This document shows positions 60,084-64,000 of a DNA stretch of 64,000 nucleotides, in pieces. The stretch comes from Candidatus Stahliibacteriota bacterium. GTDB taxonomy: Bacteria; Hydrothermota; UBA3073; JACQXS01. Both the position numbers and the translations under genes were made by a program. The first letter of the stretch is position 1, and each line of letters opens with the position of its first letter. The stretch spans positions 9,160 to 73,159 of the forward strand of contig JACQXS010000121.1 of the NCBI GenBank assembly GCA_016208615.1, in the 5' to 3' direction. The notes under the pieces were generated by a model. That model was given only the letters and a program-made list of their open reading frames with translations. It was not told the origin of the DNA and made no database searches.

Positions 60084-60823
60084 AATCAATTGAAGATGGC
60101 TCAAAAATAGCCAAAGACGGCTTTAAAAATGAAAACGATATTGTAGAAAAGTTTAACGACTGGAAAAAAGATAAAGATGCTCAGAGTTGGCTTATAATAA
60201 TGAAATACGAACCAAAAGAGATTGAATATGTTGAAGCAGTAAAGATTTTTGGTTATAAATCAGATGTACAAGTCCAAGTTACTATAAAACTTAAAAAAGC
60301 TATTGATGTAGAGAATTTGCAAGTTAAGTTAGTTAGTAATCCGAGAGGATTTAATCAAATTGATAAACGGTGGGTTGACAAATATGTTGAAATGTGGAAT
60401 ATTCCCGACAATATAACATTAATACTAAAAAGATATACCGGTGAAATTAAGCCGAATGTCAGAAATACAAAAGACAAAAGAAGAATACTGGCCAATGAGT
60501 TTTCTGAAATCCAACAAAAAGCTATACTTGAATGGCTTATAAAAAATCAGGCATTAATAATAACAGATATATTAAAAGGTAGAGGTAAATTTGCAGCTGA
60601 ATGGATGCTTGTTGCTCAAAAAATCAATAAAAATGCACGATGGATTTTAAGATCAATGAATTATTGTTTGAATTTCTTTGGTAATGGAGAAATTAAAATA
60701 TCTGCAAGAGGAAATTTTAAAATAGGGCGTATTACAATGCAAAGAAAAGGTGGAGATGCGGGACGAGAAACGGCTAATATGTTACAATTTAAAATAAATC
60801 CAGCAGAACTATTTGAAGAATGA
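60080..60823 (+). CDS. putative restriction endonuclease partner of the methyltransferase (no family recognised)
   Basis: 4-bp overlap with the MTase gene; 247 aa with no recognisable fold signature. Confidence 0.35.
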   Translation: MKSIEDGSKIAKDGFKNENDIVEKFNDWKKDKDAQSWLIIMKYEPKEIEYVEAVKIFGYKSDVQVQVTIKLKKAIDVENLQVKLVSNPRGFNQIDKRWVDKYVEMWNIPDNITLILKRYTGEIKPNVRNTKDKRRILANEFSEIQQKAILEWLIKNQALIITDILKGRGKFAAEWMLVAQKINKNARWILRSMNYCLNFFGNGEIKISARGNFKIGRITMQRKGGDAGRETANMLQFKINPAELFEE

Positions 60824-60847
60824 AAATTTGCACGACATTAAACTAAT

Positions 60848-61312
60848 ATGAATAAAAAAATAAGAGTTTTGATAGCGAAGCCGGGGCTTGATGGACATGA
60901 TAGGGGTGCTAAAATAATAGCTGCTGCATTAAGGGATGCGGGTATGGAAGTGATATATACAGGGCTACATCAGACACCTGAACAAATAGTAGAGACCGCT
61001 ATTCAGGAGGATGTAGATGTAATTGGTTTATCTATTCTTTCAGGTGCTCATCTGACTATATTTCCCAAAGTGATTAACCTTTTGAAAGAGCGAGGTGCGG
61101 AGGATATAATTGTTTCAGGTGGTGGTATAATTCCACCGGAGGATGTGGCGGAACTAAAAAAAATGGGAGTAGCGGAGCTATTTGGTCCCGGCACTCCCAC
61201 AACGGAGGTAATAGAATGGACAAAACGGAAAACAGAAGACAGAGAACAGAAGACAGAGGTCAGAGAACAGAAGACGGAGGACAGAAGACGGAAGTCAGAA
61301 GTCAGAAGTTAG
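60848..61312 (+). CDS. methylmalonyl-CoA mutase, cobalamin-binding (C-terminal) subunit
   Basis: DxHxxG motif ([13 protein letters not shown]), SGAH...GGG; last about 25 codons lie in the cagaagacagag repeat. Confidence 0.8.
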   Translation: MNKKIRVLIAKPGLDGHDRGAKIIAAALRDAGMEVIYTGLHQTPEQIVETAIQEDVDVIGLSILSGAHLTIFPKVINLLKERGAEDIIVSGGGIIPPEDVAELKKMGVAELFGPGTPTTEVIEWTKRKTEDREQKTEVREQKTEDRRRKSEVRS

Positions 61313-62181
61313 GGAAGTTTCGGCTTTCTCTTTTATCAGGAGGTAGGTTTTGGCTTGATGGTGGAGCGATGTTTGGCGTAGTACCTAAGCCATTATGGGA
61401 ACGGCTTACTCCCTCTGATACACATAATCGGATAGAACTTGGTCTTAATTGCCTACTCATAGAGACGGGGGATAAAAATATTCTTGTAGATACGGGTATT
61501 TTGAGGATTGAGGATATTAAGTTTAATGAAATCTATAAAGTAGAATATGCGAGTATCCAAGATTCTTTAAGTCAGTTAAACTTGAGTCCCCAAGATATTG
61601 ATATAGTTATCAACTCGCATCTCCATTTTGACCATTGTGGCGGAAATACTTATAAGAGGACAGAAGACAGAGAACAGAAGACAGAGAACAGAAGAGGGGA
61701 ATTTGTGCCTTCTTTTCCTCGTGCTAAATATGTAATCCAGGAATTGGAATGGTATGATGCTACCCATCCAAATGAGCGAACACGGACAAGTTATATTTCT
61801 GACACTTTCCTCCCCCTTAAAGAGAGTGGTTCACCATGGAGTGGTAATTTGGAGATAGTAAAAGGGGATTGCGAGTTATTGCCTGGTATTCGTGTTCATT
61901 TAACGGGTGGCCATACGCGGGGACATCAGGTTGTAATACTTGAATCTAATGGAGAGAAGTGTATTTATTTTGCCGACCTTATTCCAACGGCTTCGCATAT
62001 TAAAGTACCGTATGTGATGGGGTATGACTTATATCCACTTGAAACAATAGCCAAGAAGAAGGAGCTTTTGGAAATGGCATCTGACGGGCGATGGCTGACA
62101 ATATTTGAACACGAGCCCAAAGTAGGCATAGGATATTTGGATAAAAGAGATGGGAAATTAGTATTTGTCCCAATAGTATAA
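61216..62181 (+). CDS. MBL-fold metallo-hydrolase (true start probably about 61320 after the repeat)
   Basis: [10 protein letters not shown] zinc-binding motif; N-terminal 30 codons and an internal segment (61657-61697) are repeat-encoded. Confidence 0.65.
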   Translation: MDKTENRRQRTEDRGQRTEDGGQKTEVRSQKLGKFRLSLLSGGRFWLDGGAMFGVVPKPLWERLTPSDTHNRIELGLNCLLIETGDKNILVDTGILRIEDIKFNEIYKVEYASIQDSLSQLNLSPQDIDIVINSHLHFDHCGGNTYKRTEDREQKTENRRGEFVPSFPRAKYVIQELEWYDATHPNERTRTSYISDTFLPLKESGSPWSGNLEIVKGDCELLPGIRVHLTGGHTRGHQVVILESNGEKCIYFADLIPTASHIKVPYVMGYDLYPLETIAKKKELLEMASDGRWLTIFEHEPKVGIGYLDKRDGKLVFVPIV

Positions 62182-62203
62182 ACAATAAAAGAAAGGTGGT
62201 ACA

Positions 62204-62776
62204 ATGAAGTACAGGGAAGAGGATATTTTAAGGATTTTAGGTGAGAGGGTTAAGGAAAGGGGCAGATTGCCAACTAAGAAGGAGATTACCGAGGACAAGT
62301 GTCTGCCTTCATACGAGACAATGCGTAAGTATTTTGGCGACTTGCGTAATATGTCAAGGACTCTGGGGTTTAAGTTGGTCAGGAGAAGGTTTGACGAGGA
62401 GGAAATCTTTACGAGGATTAAAAAGTGGAGCCAAGAGTTGGGTAGGATGCCCACAGCAGAAGAAATTAAGAAGGATACTTCGTTGCCTTCTCCTACTACA
62501 CTTGCTAAGTATTTTGGCTCGTGGAAGGGGTTACGGGAGCAATTGGGCTTTCAACCGGTTCGCAGAATAATTTATACGGATGAGCGGCTTTTGAGCTTAT
62601 TAAAAGCGAAGACCGAGCAACTGGGCAGAGCGATTACGATTAAGGAGTTAATCGAGGATCGTTCGCTGCCTGCTATTGGCACTTATATAACGCGGTTCGG
62701 GTCAGTGGGCAGGGCGTTAAAAGCAATCGGCTATGAGACAAGGAAGGGCAGGAAAGCCCAGAAGAGTAGAAATTAG
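62204..62776 (+). CDS. protein of three tandem homing-endonuclease-associated repeats (HNH-associated repeat), no nuclease domain
   Basis: Three about 60-aa units each ...GR(L/M)PTxxEIxxDxxLPSxxTxxKYFGSWxxL...LGF. Confidence 0.45.
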   Translation: MKYREEDILRILGERVKERGRLPTKKEITEDKCLPSYETMRKYFGDLRNMSRTLGFKLVRRRFDEEEIFTRIKKWSQELGRMPTAEEIKKDTSLPSPTTLAKYFGSWKGLREQLGFQPVRRIIYTDERLLSLLKAKTEQLGRAITIKELIEDRSLPAIGTYITRFGSVGRALKAIGYETRKGRKAQKSRN

Positions 62777-62794
62777 TAGAAATTAGTAGAAACT

Positions 62795-62960
62795 CGTAGA
62801 AACTTAATAGAAATTTGATGCTTACATCACTCTGTTGGATGCTTACATCACTCTGTTTGATGCTTACATCACTCTGTTTGATGCTTACATCACTCTGTTT
62901 GTGAATATGCAAGTAATTTCTATTTAATTTCCACCAATTTCTACGAATTTCTATATTCTC
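62795..62960. repeat. iteron-like element: tagaaat direct/inverted repeats flanking 4 x 21-bp tandem units (gatgcttacatcactctgttt)
   Basis: Tandem units at 62817-62900; flanking sequence is homologous to 45740-45835. Confidence 0.85.
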
Positions 62961-62983
62961 TTCCAATTCAGATAGGAGGGATT

Positions 62984-63619
62984 ATGGAGGAGGTGCGACC
63001 TCAAATTAGGGATGCTATCTTACATAGGCGAAGTGTGAGAAGATATAAGCCGGACGAGCTTCCTGACAATCTATTGGAGCAGGTATTGGAGGCGGCGAGG
63101 TGGGCTCCTTCTTGGGCAAACACTCAGTGCTGGGAGTTTATTATTGTCAAGGATAAGGGGCTAAAGGAGAAGCTCCGCGATACTCTTACTCCGAATAATC
63201 CGGCGCGTGATGCCGTGGTTCAAGCACCTATTGTTATAGTTGCCTGTGGTAAGAGCGGTATTGCGGGCTACAAGAAAGGTGAGCCGGTGACCGATAAGCA
63301 AGAATGGTTTATGTTTGATGTGGCTCTTGCCTTGAATAATATAACCTTAGTCGCTCATTCATTGGGATTAGGGACTGTGCATATCGGGGCATTTGATGCC
63401 AAGAAAGTAGCCAAGATAGTTAATGTGGCTGATGGGGTTCTCGTAGTAGAGCTTATGCCGATTGGGTATCCTGATGAGCAGCCTGCTCCAAGACCAAGGA
63501 AGGAGATTAGTAGCTTTGTGTATCTTGATAAGCATGGTTGCCCTTATGAGGACAGAGGACAGAAGACAGAGGACAGAGGACAGAGGATAGAGGACAGAAG
63601 AGACAGGAGTAGGGCTTAA
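62984..63619 (+). CDS. nitroreductase-family protein
   Basis: HRRSVRRYKPDELPDNLLEQVLEAARWAPSWANTQCWEFII; C-terminal [23 protein letters not shown] tail encoded by the cagaagacagag repeat. Confidence 0.75.
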   Translation: MEEVRPQIRDAILHRRSVRRYKPDELPDNLLEQVLEAARWAPSWANTQCWEFIIVKDKGLKEKLRDTLTPNNPARDAVVQAPIVIVACGKSGIAGYKKGEPVTDKQEWFMFDVALALNNITLVAHSLGLGTVHIGAFDAKKVAKIVNVADGVLVVELMPIGYPDEQPAPRPRKEISSFVYLDKHGCPYEDRGQKTEDRGQRIEDRRDRSRA

Positions 63620-63635
63620 GTAGAAAGGGGGTAAA

Positions 63636-64000
63636 ATGTTGGAGCGAAGCGTAAATCCCGCTTGCCCCGCTACGGCGGTGGTTTTGTCGGGAGTAGGTAT
63701 TATTGGCTATGGGGCGTATCTTCCGAGGTACAGGATAAAGGTAGAGGATATAGCACATCAGTGGGGTATGGACCCCAATAGTATGAAGCGTGGCTTAATG
63801 TTGGAAGAGAAGACAGTTCCCGCTCTTGATGAAGACACTATTACTATTTCGGTCGCTGCTGCTCGCGATGCGATAAAGCGTGCCGGTATTAACCCGCAAG
63901 AGATAGGGGCTGTTTATATTGGGTCGGAGTCCCATCCGTATGCAGTGAAGCCAAGCGGTACAGTGGTAGCGGAGGCGCTCGGTATATGCCCTGATGTCCA
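63636..64000 (+). CDS. hydroxymethylglutaryl-CoA synthase (archaeal/bacterial thiolase-fold type), 3'-truncated at window end
   Basis: Hand-translated: ...[25 protein letters not shown]...[60 protein letters not shown]; first about 15 codons overlap repeat family 2 copy. Confidence 0.65.
   Translation, partial: MLERSVNPACPATAVVLSGVGIIGYGAYLPRYRIKVEDIAHQWGMDPNSMKRGLMLEEKTVPALDEDTITISVAAARDAIKRAGINPQEIGAVYIGSESHPYAVKPSGTVVAEALGICPDV

Noticed and set aside
57545-60840. Integrase, transposase or recombinase explaining the island
   Set aside because: None of the ORFs shows tyrosine or serine recombinase or DDE transposase motifs. The mobility mechanism remains unidentified.
62241-62570. 109-aa Arg-rich ORF in an alternative frame of the HNH-associated-repeat gene
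   Set aside because: Overlaps a better-supported repeat-domain ORF in another frame; composition artefact of GC-rich codons.

Overview
Low-GC bacterial chromosome, probably from an uncultivated or candidate-phylum lineage. Conserved backbone: the thrS-infC-rpmI-rplT operon (15.9-18.7 kb, minus strand) and the rpoB-rpoC-rpsL-rpsG-fusA block (23.0-33.9 kb, minus strand), plus uvrB, nadC, a transketolase C-terminal subunit, cstA, an RnfD-like protein, an ABC-2 exporter, tRNA-Gly(CCC) and tRNA-Val(GAC). T9SS-type C-terminal sorting domains and a 1853-aa predicted outer-membrane beta-barrel point to a Bacteroidota/FCB-like secretion apparatus. Accessory content: three GH130 paralogs with a HicBA pair at the 5' end; a HEPN/MNT pair at 37 kb; and a toxin-antitoxin/restriction-modification island (54.4-60.8 kb) that separates the catalytic and B12-binding genes of methylmalonyl-CoA mutase and carries 28-bp direct repeats marking an insertion. 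The window is also full of short GC-rich dispersed and tandem repeats. Many of these sit in frame inside conserved genes (rpoC C-terminus, fusA, nadC, uvrB, the mutase, a nitroreductase, an MBL hydrolase), and this is the most unusual thing I see. No CRISPR array, rRNA, transposase or integrase was seen.
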